A stretch of DNA of 64,000 nucleotides from Squalus acanthias (Eukaryota): assembly GCA_030390025.1 (NCBI GenBank), contig CM059437.1, forward strand, positions 94,364,001 to 94,428,000, given 5' to 3'. This document shows, piece after piece, positions 12,081 through 25,774 of this stretch. The notes under the pieces are model-generated. The model worked only from the letters and a program-made list of their open reading frames with translations. It was not told the DNA's origin and did not search any database. Position numbers and translations under genes: made by a program. Positions within the stretch are counted from its first letter, which is position 1. Each line of letters opens with the position of its first letter.

Positions 12081-15000
12081 TTCACCAACAAGAGTCAAAA
12101 AACAAGTATATTAATTTGCTTAAAGATCACCAGAATGTACAAAATTCAGCATTACAGCGGTTTTCTGTCCCGCTCACTGGGGTATATTCCTCATGTAGCA
12201 TACATATCAGAAATATTTACATATGTTTACGTTTACTTCAGAATACTGTAAACTGCACCACACAAATCCCAAACATGATGTACAACCTACACTTCCAAAA
12301 TGGCCTCTACACTACTGCCTGCCCCTACGAGTCACATTGGGATTCCTGAAGAGATAAACTCCATTTTGAAAGCCCCTTCCCTACCACTCATCCTATACAT
12401 GCTTCTATGGACAAGGGTTCAGCATGAGCTAGAATGTGGACTTCTCCAGGATCATCATTAATGCAGCAATCCAATTAGGAAGAGGTAATGATGCCATATT
12501 TCCTTCCCTTGCCATCAAGGAAAATCACAATCTCTCCATCTATTGGTTTGGCTAAGAATGGGCGAAAGCCCAAATGCAGGCAAGTTGGAGTGACGGGTAA
12601 TTTAGTCTCAAACTCCTCATATTCTGGTGGAAAGTGAAGCACGCAAACACTATCTACAAGACTGTACAAAAGTCAATATTGTTTCTTGTGGAAAGCATCA
12701 AACCGGCTGCTAAATGCTCCAAAGTCATCTAATAACAGATGGAACATTCTTCTACTAGGTTAAATGTGCATGAAATACAATCATAAAGAAAAATATTCCT
12801 TGGCAAACGAGTTGTGCATTCATCACAATTCAGTTACAATTCTAATAGCTGGAATGTACTTATATCCGTTTATTACTGGTCAGAAATTCCGCTCTTTTGG
12901 AAAAAATAATTTAATATGATAAAATACTCTATAGTGAAATCTGGTTTAACATTTAAATATTAAAGTAGGTTCAGAAATGTGTAGATGTACATTATATATC
13001 TCTCTCCGAAAATCTGGAAAGTGCAGAAAAACTTATGAAGCAAGCAAAAATGGCCTAGAGGAACATTCGATCAAGAAACCGAACATTAACATTGTGAAAA
13101 AACACATTATAAATGACTTTTTCTTCATTAACAAAACAAGCAAAGGTGCAGCACCATCCATACCGAGAAATTTGATAATGATCTTTGCTCTTCTAAGATT
13201 CTCTATCTTAGACAGGGTGTCTGTGGTAAAGCCACATTGCTCTCCTAGTAAGCTGCAAATAAACCATAGCAGACAATTCAAAAATGCAACCCAAGACTTC
13301 TGACCAAAATGAATTTATTGTATCTGATAAACATGCAACTGAAGATACGTGTCGATTGTACATCCTTTGTTAAAGAAATACTCCAGGAAACAAAAATTAA
13401 AAGATTCTAACCAACATTTTTGATATCTGATTTAATGCATGTTAAGGTTTACCACTGTTTTTCTCAATAGCACCAGACTTTGTGCCCCACTCTTGACTAT
13501 TTTCTTGCCTAGATTTTCTAGGACTTCAACTTTATAATTTTTTTTTTAAAGTAAAGATGGTTACTGATATCTGAATAACCTTTTTTTTTGCAAAAAGGTC
13601 CCTGGGGTCTTCCTTCAAGCAGTTATGGAACCCAACTAATTGCTTTGGGCAGATGGCTTCTGGATTCAGAGTCCTTCTGACTGGAGACTTGTCCTTAGGT
13701 AAACCCAGTGTTAATTTAAATCTCCAGTGGAAACACTGCAAAAATACACTGCGGTGCAGAACTGATACAAAAGCTCATCCCAAGTTTTGCTTTGCATCAC
13801 ATCTTCTTTCAATGAAACAGCCATCTTACAATTCCCTGTTGACTAGGAACTGTGTATTTGCATAGTCATGCATGTATATGCAAAGATTTAAGTTTTATAC
13901 CATAAGCTTCACTGAGCTTGTCCATAAACTAGACAGCACCAACACCCTTCCTGTATTAGATTTGCCCTATTCCAATTGTACTGCAAATGGGTAATTTAGA
14001 TCTTAATTCTGGCAGTATATGGAGTGAACGGGAGTAGATTTACTTCAGATAACAGTCTAATGCCTTGGTTATAGTGAAGACATCAGGTCTATAACTTGCA
14101 CATTCAAACCTCTGATGTGAATTATAACCCATTTGAACCAATACTACTGAATCTTGTCATCGCTGAATTAGATGCTCCCCAGGTTGGCTTCCACTGTCTC
14201 CAACTCCACATTTCCTTCATTCCAACTACCAAACAATTCAAGTGGAGGCCAGGCAATTACCACTTGGAAGGAAAGAAAATCATGGGATATTCATCTACAA
14301 GCTGCTCTTGTGCACCTTCTTCTGGCTATCCCAGAGTGGCTTTGGCAGGGGAGCACATAACCCACCCACCTACCACCTGTTGAAGCATTACTGATGCAGG
14401 GGATGGGAAGAGGAGGAAGTCAACTAATGTTTGCTGTAAAAGTTTTGTTCTATTTTCTTAACTTTGTCAGTCAAAAGGGGTTTCCACTTCTGGTTTAATT
14501 GGCACACTGAACTTTGATAAAACAACAGTACTAAAGTTAGTGTTCCAGTATTTGCCTGCGACTCTCACAATGTCACTGCAACTTTGTTTTCTACAAGTCA
14601 AAACAATATATTCACCATTTCACTGCAGACATCTACTGTAAATATATTCCTCTAGCTTCAGCACAAATAGGCAGCTGCTTGCATTGGAAAGTTTGGGAAT
14701 CTGGGCGAGTTTATACATTTGCCAGATTACTGGGTGATTACTGCAAGTAGCACCAACACGTGGTTTTAAAAAAAAAGACATGAATCCTGTTCTGACTGGG
14801 AGCTGAAACTCCTGTTTCAAAAGGGCCTGGTCTCAGTCAATTTAACTTGAATGACTCAATTATGCTTCATATTTCATAATGGTGATGTACAATGTGAAAG
14901 AGGGTCGTGTGCACCACTAGCAACATGCAGCCAATGTTAAGTGCCTGATGACCCATCTTTAATTCCTAATGCAAGAAAAAAGCTCACCATATTGTTAGCT

Positions 15001-18000
15001 CTTCTGCACCAGAAAGATCACCCCTAGTTGGATGCCACTGAAATGAACTCCAGGCCTATGCTTTAAGTAAGCTTGTGTGGAGCTCTGCTTTCCTCCACTC
15101 AAAAGTGCGCAGACTGGCAGCAGTCTGTTACTACCTGTTCATACCACTCTCAGAAATGAAAGCGGATAAGCCACTCTATTTACATTACAGAACCCAATAC
15201 AGTAGCTAGCCAAATAATCCGCTACTTTAACCCCATCATGATGCAAACTTGGTGTGACCATTGAGCTGTTGATAATACTATTGACACACTTGTCAGTTTC
15301 CATTGCAGTTTTACTGGCACTAAATCAGAGTCCAGTGGATTTAATGTAAAATACATGCTCTATTCGAGCTAAAATACACACACTGGATTTATACTGGTTT
15401 TAAAGTCTTCAATGTAAACAGGGAGTAGGCCAGTTGCAGAAAATAAGCAGCTGTTTAGTTTGGGTGACCAGAGAAGAGGTTTCATGAATTCTTCCATATG
15501 ACCCTCTTGTCTTCCGCTGCAGTAATAATCAGCTGTTTTAACTGGGCAGACTTTTGAATCCAGTTCAAAACAACAGACAAAAATGCTTCTTCTATTTTAA
15601 GAAGCGATCTTCAGCAGATAATCTTTCAGTACACATGATGTGCCGATACTGCTTGTACTGAGTGAAAGAAAACCGTTTTAGAAAAGAAGTCCGAACTGTT
15701 CACTAATATTTAACATACAAGCCAGATACAACAATGAAGCATTGCACCATTGGTTCTCAAGTCCCAATTGATAAACAGCTTTATCTGACTGCAGATGGTT
15801 TCAATGAAATTTTACTTCTTCCAAGAATATCTTCTCCAAATATAACTGTGGACTAACGGGATCTGTCCTTGCAGCATCACTGGGAAATTAGCTTTCTCCT
15901 CCTGCTCTAAGCCGTGATTTCAACTCTTGAAGGTTTTTAATTTCAGATCTCCGTGGATTTTTTTTAACTTGTCAAGCAACATTAGCAATTACTGGGAAGT
16001 AAATCTGCACAGCAAATTTGGGTAATGAATTAAGGTAGGATATTGCCCCTGTAATTGTCAGTAAATTATACTAACCAAGAGACAATAGATTTTAAATCAC
16101 ATCATAGGCAAATGCCTAACCTAGTAAGAATGAAATACTTCTGTGCACATTCACAGGATCTTGTGGTTTTAAGATACTGTAGAAAACATACAAAGTCAAA
16201 CCTTGTACCACTGAACATTAAACAGCACTGTCTACAGAACAGATCCTGTCACAACACTTCTGTTCACATGATTATTCGGCTATGCAGCCAAAAGATCAGA
16301 TCTGCACCAGTATCAGCTTGCACATCTCTTCAAAAACTTAGTTACGAGTGCAATTAGACAGGTTAATTTGTGCAATTAGTCAAGTGACCCGCCTAGAATG
16401 GTAATTTCAATACTGTGGGAAAATACTTTTTATCTTGACATATAAATCAATAATTCAGCAGTGTGGGAAAGCATGAAACCGTTTCTCTGCAACCACGAGA
16501 CTGACGTCCCACTGATGCTGGTTAATGTGCTCGTAGATCAAACCTGATACAGGTTCATGGTTCACAAATTATGGAAATGGAGTAAACTGAGGTGGGGGCA
16601 GCAAGAGTTTGTAAAATAAACACCATAATGTGATAAAACACCCTTGATAAACTAGTTTGCAGATAAGAGGTAAAGTTCAGTATATACAGACCACTGCTAT
16701 CCAAATAAAAGGCTCACCTCAATGCTAGAAAATTATATTACAAATTAACTCTACATGATATGCAGAACAGATCTCGAACATTATAGGCAGGTACTCTCTC
16801 TCACATGCTTTTTGAGTATGCAGTTATACTGCCAAATGTGCACCTGTCGCTAGTCAAGGGAGAGAAGACCTCAATTACTTAAACACACTAAGGATTATGC
16901 ATCCGTGCTGGCAAGATTTTTTAAATGGTGGAAAACTGCAAACTTTGGCAACAATTCTTTTCGGACGTGAGAAACTCAAAAAGCAGATCAACCGACCGCC
17001 TGGGATACTTAAAAGTCGTGCCCCAGTTGCTTTAATACTGCAGCCAGTGTGAAGTTAAGTGTTCCAACGCCATCTCTTAGAGGCTGTCTCACACCTCATC
17101 ACAAACCACTGAGCTGACAGTGCAGTTGCAGTAATGCCGCACATTGTGTGTTGCTGCAATAATGAAACTGCTTTGCAGCAGTAAACATCCAGCAGAGGCT
17201 TCTTATTGGAGGCCCATTTGTGTGTTAAAATAAGTCTGATTAATAGCAATCTTAAATGTAAACACTGCTCTGAACTGTCCTACCACAGTAAACCTGCATT
17301 TAAGCTGCAGTTAACGGCCCCTCTATGGTTTAATACTTCAGTTCATATAGGCAATACATTACAACTGCACATGAAACAGATGCAGTTCAAAAAGATTTTA
17401 ACCAAACCTACATCTGTCACATTTAACCACAGTAACCTGAAGCTTTAATTTGCATTATTTGCATCTAAATTTATGCATATTTATATCACGCTTTCTCACA
17501 AAGTAAAAATTAGGAAAGAAAAATACAAAGGGAGACAGACTAACGTAGTGTGCACAGAGCTACTTCGACTTGCCCATTTTCATTTTTGCTAACATTAAAT
17601 TCGGAGAGAGAATGAAAGGATTCCAAATTGGTAAGGAAGGACTTCATCGAAAATTTATACACAGCCTTCATTTCTTGGTCGCTGTTAGGATCCCTCTATA
17701 TTAAAGACACAGTCAAGCCAACAGCCTTGTGTTTCATGCTGTTCTTACCAGGCTATCAGCCTGCAGGCATTGTCTGCAGAGGCTAATCCAAGTCTCCCTC
17801 AGTCTTGGCCTTGTAGCTCAGACAGCTAGCATGAAAAAAATGAAAGACTTGGCAGTGAAAAGCAAACCAGCTTATCCAAAGCTAAAGGGATATGCTGTTT
17901 TCTTTAATGTGTTATCAGTTTGCTTCAGCTTCACGGAATTTCATTTGAAGTCCTCCCTTGCTCGGGATGAATGTGTGCGTAGGCTAGCCCTGTAGAAATC

Positions 18001-18299
18001 ACATTACACCAGTCTCCAGAAGGGAAGTGAAACAGTAAATGGGTTAATCTTGTCTCTATTTTCTCCCCACAGGACAGCTGATTCAACACGCTATGTTTCC
18101 ACCATGTTTCTTTAGGATACTGCTCCCCTGCCTCCATTCTCTACTCTTCTGCGTCCCCAGGAAAACCATACCACCTCCTGGCATCTTTCAACAGCTTTAT
18201 CAGTGCTCAGATCTAATCAGCTGTGAAAAGCTGCACAGTCACAGCAGGGGAACCATTCCTTATTTCATCCCTTCAGCTTTTCCTTTTACACAACTTGAG

Positions 18300-18900
18300 A
18301 GTTACAGATAATTAGGTATCTCGGTGAGCACGCTTAAGCGCGTAAGCACTTCTTCCTCCTAGAAAGCCTTATCAGGTGTGGGCTAAGACGCTCAGCAAGC
18401 CTCCTCACCTGCTGCGCTGCTCTGGCTCGTAATTAGAAGGATCCACACTTTGCTGCACAAAAGCAGACAGGGTCAGCATGAGCCTTCATTGAGCTTTGGT
18501 GCAAAATTGCAGCTGGCATGATTGATGGGAGGCATCAAAGGCAGCAGAGACAAGTCAGCTATCAGTATTTAATATTTTAAAAAGCCATAAAGGCCGCAGT
18601 TGATCATGCAGAACATCAGTGAATAGATGAGCTAACCTGTGCCCGCTAATGTGCCATTTCTCGAATAATGAAAGGGCAGATGATCCGCAGCCGCCTGTCT
18701 GGCTGCAAATATGAACGTGCTATCAGCAAAAGCCGCTATCCTAGTCCCCCTGCAGCTACAAGCAAGACCATCACAATTTTATTCCTCATCTCTCATTCTC
18801 CACTTTCCATTGCCCAGGAGCATAGTAATTTCATAAATGTAACGCTACCCAACCGATAAACAAATTATCTACATACTCTACAGGGTTTTCTATTAGCCAG
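18300..18900. promoter_or_regulatory. Candidate developmental enhancer or conserved noncoding element
   Basis: Repeat-free and CpG-retaining. A Pbx-Hox site TGATTGATGG (about 18519) sits a few bp from a TCF/LEF site CATCAAAGG (about 18533), with the E-box CAGCTG and a TAATTA nearby. Confidence 0.45.
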
Positions 18901-21900
18901 GACACATTCCCAATTCTATTTGCCTTTGGACACTTTTGATCAGATTAAAGCCTTCCTTCCTCTGCGGCAGAGTTTTTATATGTTTACTGAGGAAAATATC
19001 TCTGTCAAATTAAAACACAAAAGTTGCAAATCTATCAAAGGTCCCTGCCCTAGCTGGAGCCATCAAACATGTACTGCAAGGTTCAACTTCCCTCACATCA
19101 TCTGCTTCCAGCCGCCCTGGGGACTTCACAAGGCAAACTATAATTTCTAGTAAATATATCCTAGGGACACAATTAGTTTTCAGTTGGGGGGATGATAAAT
19201 TGGTCATGCATAATTCAGGACTGGCAGAAGCTAGAAAATAAACTGCCCGAACTTTGCTTCCAACCCCCTGACAAGAGAATACAAATGTGGCTGGGGGCTG
19301 GGGTTGATGAACGGTGCTAATACTGCCTGGGTGCAGTATAACGATAGGAAGGACACTGCTGGCAGCATCTATTTTGTGCTGTGCTTCTGTATGTGTTATG
19401 AGCTTAAGAGTCTGACACAGAGTTAAATGCACAGATGTTCAGCAATCTGCACTTGTGTTAATTACCCTAATGTGAGCTGAAACTCAGCAGATCACAGCTA
19501 ATGAAGAAGCCCATTTTTTCAAGACCTTATATCTTGCCTTCCTTTGTAAGTGTACTTGGGCTTTTCTATACATTAACATAAGCCCTCCTTGGAAGGTGAA
19601 CAAAATTAGTCACGAAATGAGCGCACTGACCGCATAGTAGATGACAGTAGGATGACTGATGCATCTGTTCATGGTGCTTGCAATAAAACTGCTACATTTA
19701 ACTATTTCAGTGCTGGCCTGACATAAAGCCAGGGTTACAAATTTTCTGTTGCAAGGTTAAAAAACACTGAATTTTCTTCAACATTCAACTGAAACACTTA
19801 AGTCAGTAAGCCATACTTTCAACCTGATAATGGCAACACACCATCTTGCCAAGCACCTGCTTTACCTGAAAAAATCATGGCACCCATAAACAAGTATTAA
19901 AAAAAACTTGGGGGGGCAGGGATGGGGAGACGGAATAGATTTACATTTTTCAGTAGAGCAAAAAAACTCACATTTACTTTGCAATCAATAAATTAAAAAT
20001 GCTATTTTCCTTTTCCAACTTAAGGATTTTTGATACATTATTCACATGCAGAATTCACTAAGGAGGTTTACAAGAGCTTGCATGAAAAAGGGGCTGAGAG
20101 CAGTGTGAAGCTCCTAAGGTGAAGATGAAGGCTCTTTGCCACTTTTGGAGCCCACTCTTTCCATCATTAGCACTGGGGGGAAAAAACATCTGGCAAATGA
20201 CAACTTCAGCAAGCCTGCAGGCGTACAAGTGACATTTACCATACATAACCAATGCAGAGCTGATTTAATTACTGCACTTAAAGGTAACAAAAGACGACTC
20301 AATTTAATCCACAATGGCACTAGAAGATCAAAACGCAGCTGTAGGATAACAAGACAGCGTAAGCTGTGAATAAGAAGGGCCAATTTGCTTGAGAGTCTCA
20401 TCTGCACCTTTCCACAAAAGAACAAGAAACACTTCTCTTTCACCAAATCAAAGGAAGCTTTTAACTTTATGTTCACACCAACGTTCGATTAATTGGAAAC
20501 AAATCTTAAAGGACTGAAGCAGAAAATTACTTTTAAACCCCCCTTAAAATTAAGCACATTTTAATCTTCAGCAACGGAAAGAAAGTGGAGAGGGGGAGGG
20601 GCTGAGATGAACACACGTTGGGGCAAAGGTACACAATGAAGAACAGCTTTTACTTTCATTGTGGTGTCATACTAATGGAAGGGAGCATGTGACAACATAC
20701 AAATGACTTCTCTAGGGAACCCGCCTCAGGCTCTTCATCTGTTTTCCTCCGTTTCTGCAGGAATTAATCAGGAGTGATAAGAACGTTTGTCTTGTAAATG
20801 CTGCATCAAGAGGAAACACTGTTTTAACTTATCGTGCCAGACACCGGTGAAGAAGGCACTGCTTTAAGCCTGGGATAATAGGATGCTTTTTGTGCAGTTC
20901 TGAAGGCCTCGTGAGACAGGGAAGCACAATGATGTGACCTTCAGTGTTGAAAGCAACAAAGCCCACCCCAGAGTCTTTGGTAGAACAGTGGATTTTGTGG
21001 AAAGGTCATCGTTCCAACAACAGAATACCTTCTTAACATTACTACCAACCTCAATGGCTTTGATCTGGCCAGTATTGGGACAGCAAAGGCACACCAGTGC
21101 CCAATGCCATAAATGCAGTTGACAACATATCATTCAGTCTGCATTAATGAGTATTTCCAAAATAAAATATATGTTCTAGCTTAGAAACGCCTAGTTGTTT
21201 GGTTTCTCTCCTGTAGTAAAATGTTTCAACAAATTCTGTCTGGGGAGACAATGGCAAGAAGGTTGAAAACCAGCAACGATTATAAATGACAGTATATTAC
21301 AATCAAGTCTCCTGACATGTTGTACTCAAAAGACAATGCAGTTATTTTTCTGCATGTACTGTGTCCTGTCCAAAGGTTAGACTAACTGCAAGAGTTTACC
21401 AGATTAAAAGTTCTAGGGCAGGCTACAATATGCAGCCTTTGTCTTTTAAAACATAAACATGCCAGTCCCATGACTATGGTTGGAAATGCAGCTCTGCCCC
21501 AGTTTTTCAGTAACTGTATCTAAGATCATTCTGAAAGAAATAAGATAGAACTAAAATAAAAACTTTAATGCTGAACTGCTGCACAGGAATCTTTCATTTA
21601 TTGGGATGCTTTCTATCCTTGGGTCTCAAAGTGGTAGGTAGGAGAAAACTACTTGAAATAAATTGATCCGAAACAATACTATCGATGGACTTGGAGCCAA
21701 TTTTAGAGAATGCTTCTCTCCTAAATTAATGAAATATTGTGAGCATATAATTTGTAGACGCGAAAATGTCCTTTTTGATGATGCATAGTTTATTAGCAAC
21801 CATGTATTTTTTTAACCAAAAAGGAACCCATTCAAAATAGTAAAGGTGTTTCTTGCTCGTCAGAAGAAATTCAAGTCATGACGGTTGCCATTCTAAAGGT

Positions 21901-22889
21901 TATTTGTCTAATTGGTTAAATAGGAAAATCAGACTGGGAAATGTTTGTCTAAGGAAACTCAGATGCCTCAAATCTTTTCTAGTTATAAAATACATATTCA
22001 GTGCTGCCTCAATGTGCTGGCAGGGCGCAGACACACGGAGTTGTTTAACAGCTGCATGATTATTCACAGCAACAAGGTACCAGAGGAAACAAAGGAGCCC
22101 AATGATTTTACAAGGAAATATTGATTTCCTTATACCAGCAGCTTTTCAACTGTCCAAAGTTATTGGATTCATATTTGATAAGAAAGCAGCTCAGTGAGCT
22201 GACAAAGGGCTTCCTGGACTCATTTCCCCATGCTATGATCTACTTCACTCCGAGCATGCAGCCAGCTCCCAAACGTTTAACTTTGTTGTTCAGTAATGCC
22301 AACCAGCTGGTTAAGCTCGTGTACCTTTGACTAAATAGCAGGAATAATGGTATTTTTTTTGGTAAAAAAAACACACACACATTAGAAAGAAAGCCAGCCT
22401 CGCTCAGAGCTATTACTTTGGCGAAAAGGCACGGAGCCAACAGGGAGGATTCCCTTTGTTACTGATCTCAAAGACAGAGGAGTACACAATAAAAAATAAA
22501 CACTGGAAGCAATAAAACACACAAGGGCATTTCCTTTTTAGAAGGGAAAAAAAGTGAAATGTATATATTGTATCTTACCAACACCGGGGAGTTATTTTCC
22601 TAGATACAAACAACCACTGAATCTCACAATCCAAGAAGCAAAAGCGCAGTAATCCCGAACCATCTAGGAATCCACAATTATCCGGCACGTTTATTCCCTT
22701 CGCGGTAACATAAAAACATGAGTCTTGGTAAAAAAAATATGGCCGGATTCTCGGGCTTTTAAAAGCGTGGTGGGTTTTAAAAAAAGAAGAGACCAGTTTT
22801 TTTCTTTCCAGAGAGAGAGAGAGAGGAGAAAGAGGGGGGGCGGGGAAGACAGACGAAATCGGAAACGGCCAGAGCGAAGAGAAACCAAC

Positions 22890-23175
22890 CTGACTTGCCC
22901 GCCGACCGCACCAAGCACCGGCGCCCAGTCCAGAAAGCGAGCCCGTCGCTGCCGCTTCCTCCGAGACCTTGGCAAAGCCCGGCGCACACAGTCAGCCAGC
23001 AGCTCGGGGCTCCCTCTCCGCTGCTCCTTTGATTTTGTTTCCAAAATATATAAATGCCGATGAAGTGAATCCTGCCGTGTGTGTGTGTGTTTTGTGTGTG
23101 AGACGGGCGCGGTGCGGCTGGGCTCCGGAGCGGCTCTCAGCGTTGCCCAGCTGCTTTGCTCATTTGTCCGGGACT

Positions 23176-23211
<36 letters not shown>

Positions 23212-23290
23212 GACACAGCAAAAGAACTGAGTTTCAATCCTCACTCGGGTCCCGGAGCCGCTTCCCTCATGCAAACTGTGTGCTAAGATG
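22890..23290 (-). other. Candidate alternative first exon of the AUTS2-family gene (5' end uncertain)
   Basis: The GC-rich segment ends in GGCAAGTCAG|GTTGGT, followed by pyrimidine-rich, intron-like sequence, on the same strand as the coding exon. Confidence 0.55.
23179..23217. repeat. (AC)n microsatellite grading into (AGAC)n
   Basis: Directly visible. A shorter (GT)n tract lies at about 23076-23100. Confidence 0.95.
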
Positions 23291-24257
23291 ATTTTCTCAG
23301 GTCTTGATATCCATAATTCCCATGATGAACGAAGAGCAATACCCTCTGCACATTGTAATCTCAATCTTGTTACTGTTAAGCCTCCAAATCAGCTTTGGAG
23401 CCGCTCTGGACAACTGCCGCTTTCAACCTCCTAAGGTGGCTTAGGGTGTAATGCCAGCGAGCAGACTGAACCGATCTATTCAAGAAAGATGGATTACACA
23501 GACTGCTTCTTTCTCTTAAAGGGACTGTGCACCGCTGTCTGTGCAACTGTCAATTCACTTCCCTTCCTCTAGTTCTGAAATTACAGCTGCCTGAATTGTA
23601 GTTATAGAATAGATGCCTTTGCCAGTGAGCTACAAATCAAGACATGGAGTTTTAATGATGACTTCTTGGTTTATGAATGCCATCAGGATCTTGAAATTGA
23701 ATTCCAACACGTTATTGCACACACATAGGCAATCTTTCCTTTTATAATATAAACATCCTACTTTTTCTATAGTTATAGGACAGGTGTACTGAGTATCAAA
23801 GAAGTCAGTAAAGTAGGTGCAAGGGTAATAGAATAGGTTTTGATGTTGGGAGGGGTGCAAGCATAGATGGATAGTTTTATTCTAATCCTGGATATCTAAA
23901 TGTAAAAACTAAAAGTATATAGTATCAGATCACCCAAAAACTGTAGTGTTAAAGGGTTTTTCTTGGGGAGGGAGCAGAATAAAACTTATTTCTGTTACCC
24001 GATGTATTCCATTTGTCTGACTTTCATCAGTGTTGAGCAAGAAAAAATATAGTAAATTGTTACCACTCCCGCCAGCACATCACTTAGTATTCTATTCTGA
24101 TCTCTTAGGTACTTTTCTCCCCTATAAATCCCTCCCTGTGGATCTTCAGGGTAATGGGTAAAAATCTCTGAGGGGTAGAATGGCAATTGAAATCAATGGT
24201 TTGGTGGAGTATTGAAATACATCACACATACATATTTTTGATCCAAGTCCGGCTAAT

Positions 24258-24700
24258 TACATAGAATGTACAGCACAGAAACAGGCCATTCAGTCCAACA
24301 GGTCTTTATGCCGGTGTTTATACTTCACACGAGCCTCCTCCCACCCTACTTCATCAAACCCGATCTGCATATCCTTCTATTCCTTTCTCCCTCATGTACT
24401 AACTTCCTTTTAAATGCATCTGTGCTGTTCGCCTCAACCAGTCCTTGTAGTAGCAAGTTCCACATTCTCACCACTCTCTGGGTAAAGAAGTTTCTTCTGA
24501 ATTATTTATTGGATTTATTAGTGACTATCTTATATTTATGGCACCTAGTTCTGGACTCCCCCGCACGTGGAAACGTCTTTGCTAGGTCTACCCTATAAAA
24601 CACAGTCATATTTTTAAAGAACTCTATTAGATCACCCCTCAGCCATTTTCTAAAAAAGAGAAAAGAGCCTCAGTCTGTTCAGTCTTTCCTGATGGTTATA
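24258..24700 (-). mobile_element. CR1 LINE 3' fragment
   Basis: The reverse strand encodes an RNFFTQRVVRMWNLL-type ORF2 end plus a CR1 3' UTR. It is the same subfamily as 31105-32173 and 34060-34730. Confidence 0.92.
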
Positions 24701-25774
24701 AATAGAATACAACAAGCAGCCTAACCCCCATCATTGTACTCATTTTTTTTTTGTTTGTTTACAAAAATTAATCTATTGGCTAAAGTTTTAATTATTTTCT
24801 AATCTGTGAATAAGTAGTATTTTGGATGCTGGGGTTAGATCAATTCTAAATTAGCCCCATAATTTTCTTGCAATCTTGAGCAGTATAACAGCTCAAAAGA
24901 AAAATCAGGAAACAAGGGGGAGACCATGGATAGTCTGGAACACAACACAGACAATGTGAAGCAGTGGACAGAAACACTACGATATGGTGGATGAGCGTCA
25001 GAACGACTAACCATGAACTGCTTTTGGTATATGGTTTGATAACCGTAACTCAGGAACATGTGAAGTTTAAATCCATGTTCTCATTAATCTGCATACATCT
25101 GAAGCTGCTGATACTTGGCATTCAGATTTAGGATTTAGGATTTATCCGTCCATCAATGAGCAAATAGCATTAAGAACAGCCCTTTGCAAAAGTCCAGGTC
25201 CATGAAGTTCAAACAAGACAAACCAACAAGCAAGGAAATACCAGCACACGTAGAACTGTGTTATTTGTACTTCGTGCGGCAGATTGCTAGGCCTCGCAAA
25301 ATACCCATGAGTTGCAAATCCCGGGGACGGGGTTGTTTAGGGGGTGGATGCCTGTGCCATTTATGGTGCTCCCTCTGTGCCTGCCAGGAGTATTGTTGCA
25401 GCACTTTTTCTGCTCTGTCGAGGGCTGGGACATTACAGCTGAACATATTTTTTTTTTTAAATAACACCTTCAATCTCCTGGTGCTGCTGGGAAATGGCAT
25501 TGTGGACCCCAGTTTCACCTTTCTACGGTAAGTATGCCTGCATCATACTTTAGGTTGGTCACAAGACAGGTGCAACTGGCAGGATATCTGGCCTCCCACT
25601 CCCTGTGTATGCCCCAGTTCTGCCCTCCCAAGGCCAGGAATTTAAGGGCCATGATATTCCAACTAATATGTTCTAACCCCACAGTTCTAACTGTTGGTCA
25701 CATAGCTACTGAAAACTTTAGTAATTATGATATTAAAGTGTTTATTGAAGGTGAATTTTGTGTCTGCCCTACCC

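Larger units (their letters stand above)
22680..23540 (-). promoter_or_regulatory. CpG-island-like internal promoter region
   Basis: GC and CpG rise sharply against a CpG-depleted background, with no recognisable repeat. It carries (AC)n and (GT)n tracts, a CCCTTTAAGAG TATA-like motif on the minus strand at about 23513-23523, and a downstream splice donor. Confidence 0.7.

Noticed and set aside
14090-14400. Possible very old LINE remnant or exon
   Set aside because: No motif or splice pair that I could assign with confidence.
15295-15405. Weak inverted repeat (TCCAGTG...CACTGGA), vaguely like 6515-6560
   Set aside because: Too short and degenerate to call a MITE without alignment.
22691-23221. 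176-aa minus-strand ORF across the CpG island
   Set aside because: It has a TTG start, translates microsatellite (VCVCV) and pyrimidine tracts, reads through the donor, and is out of phase with the coding exon. It is a by-product of GC content.
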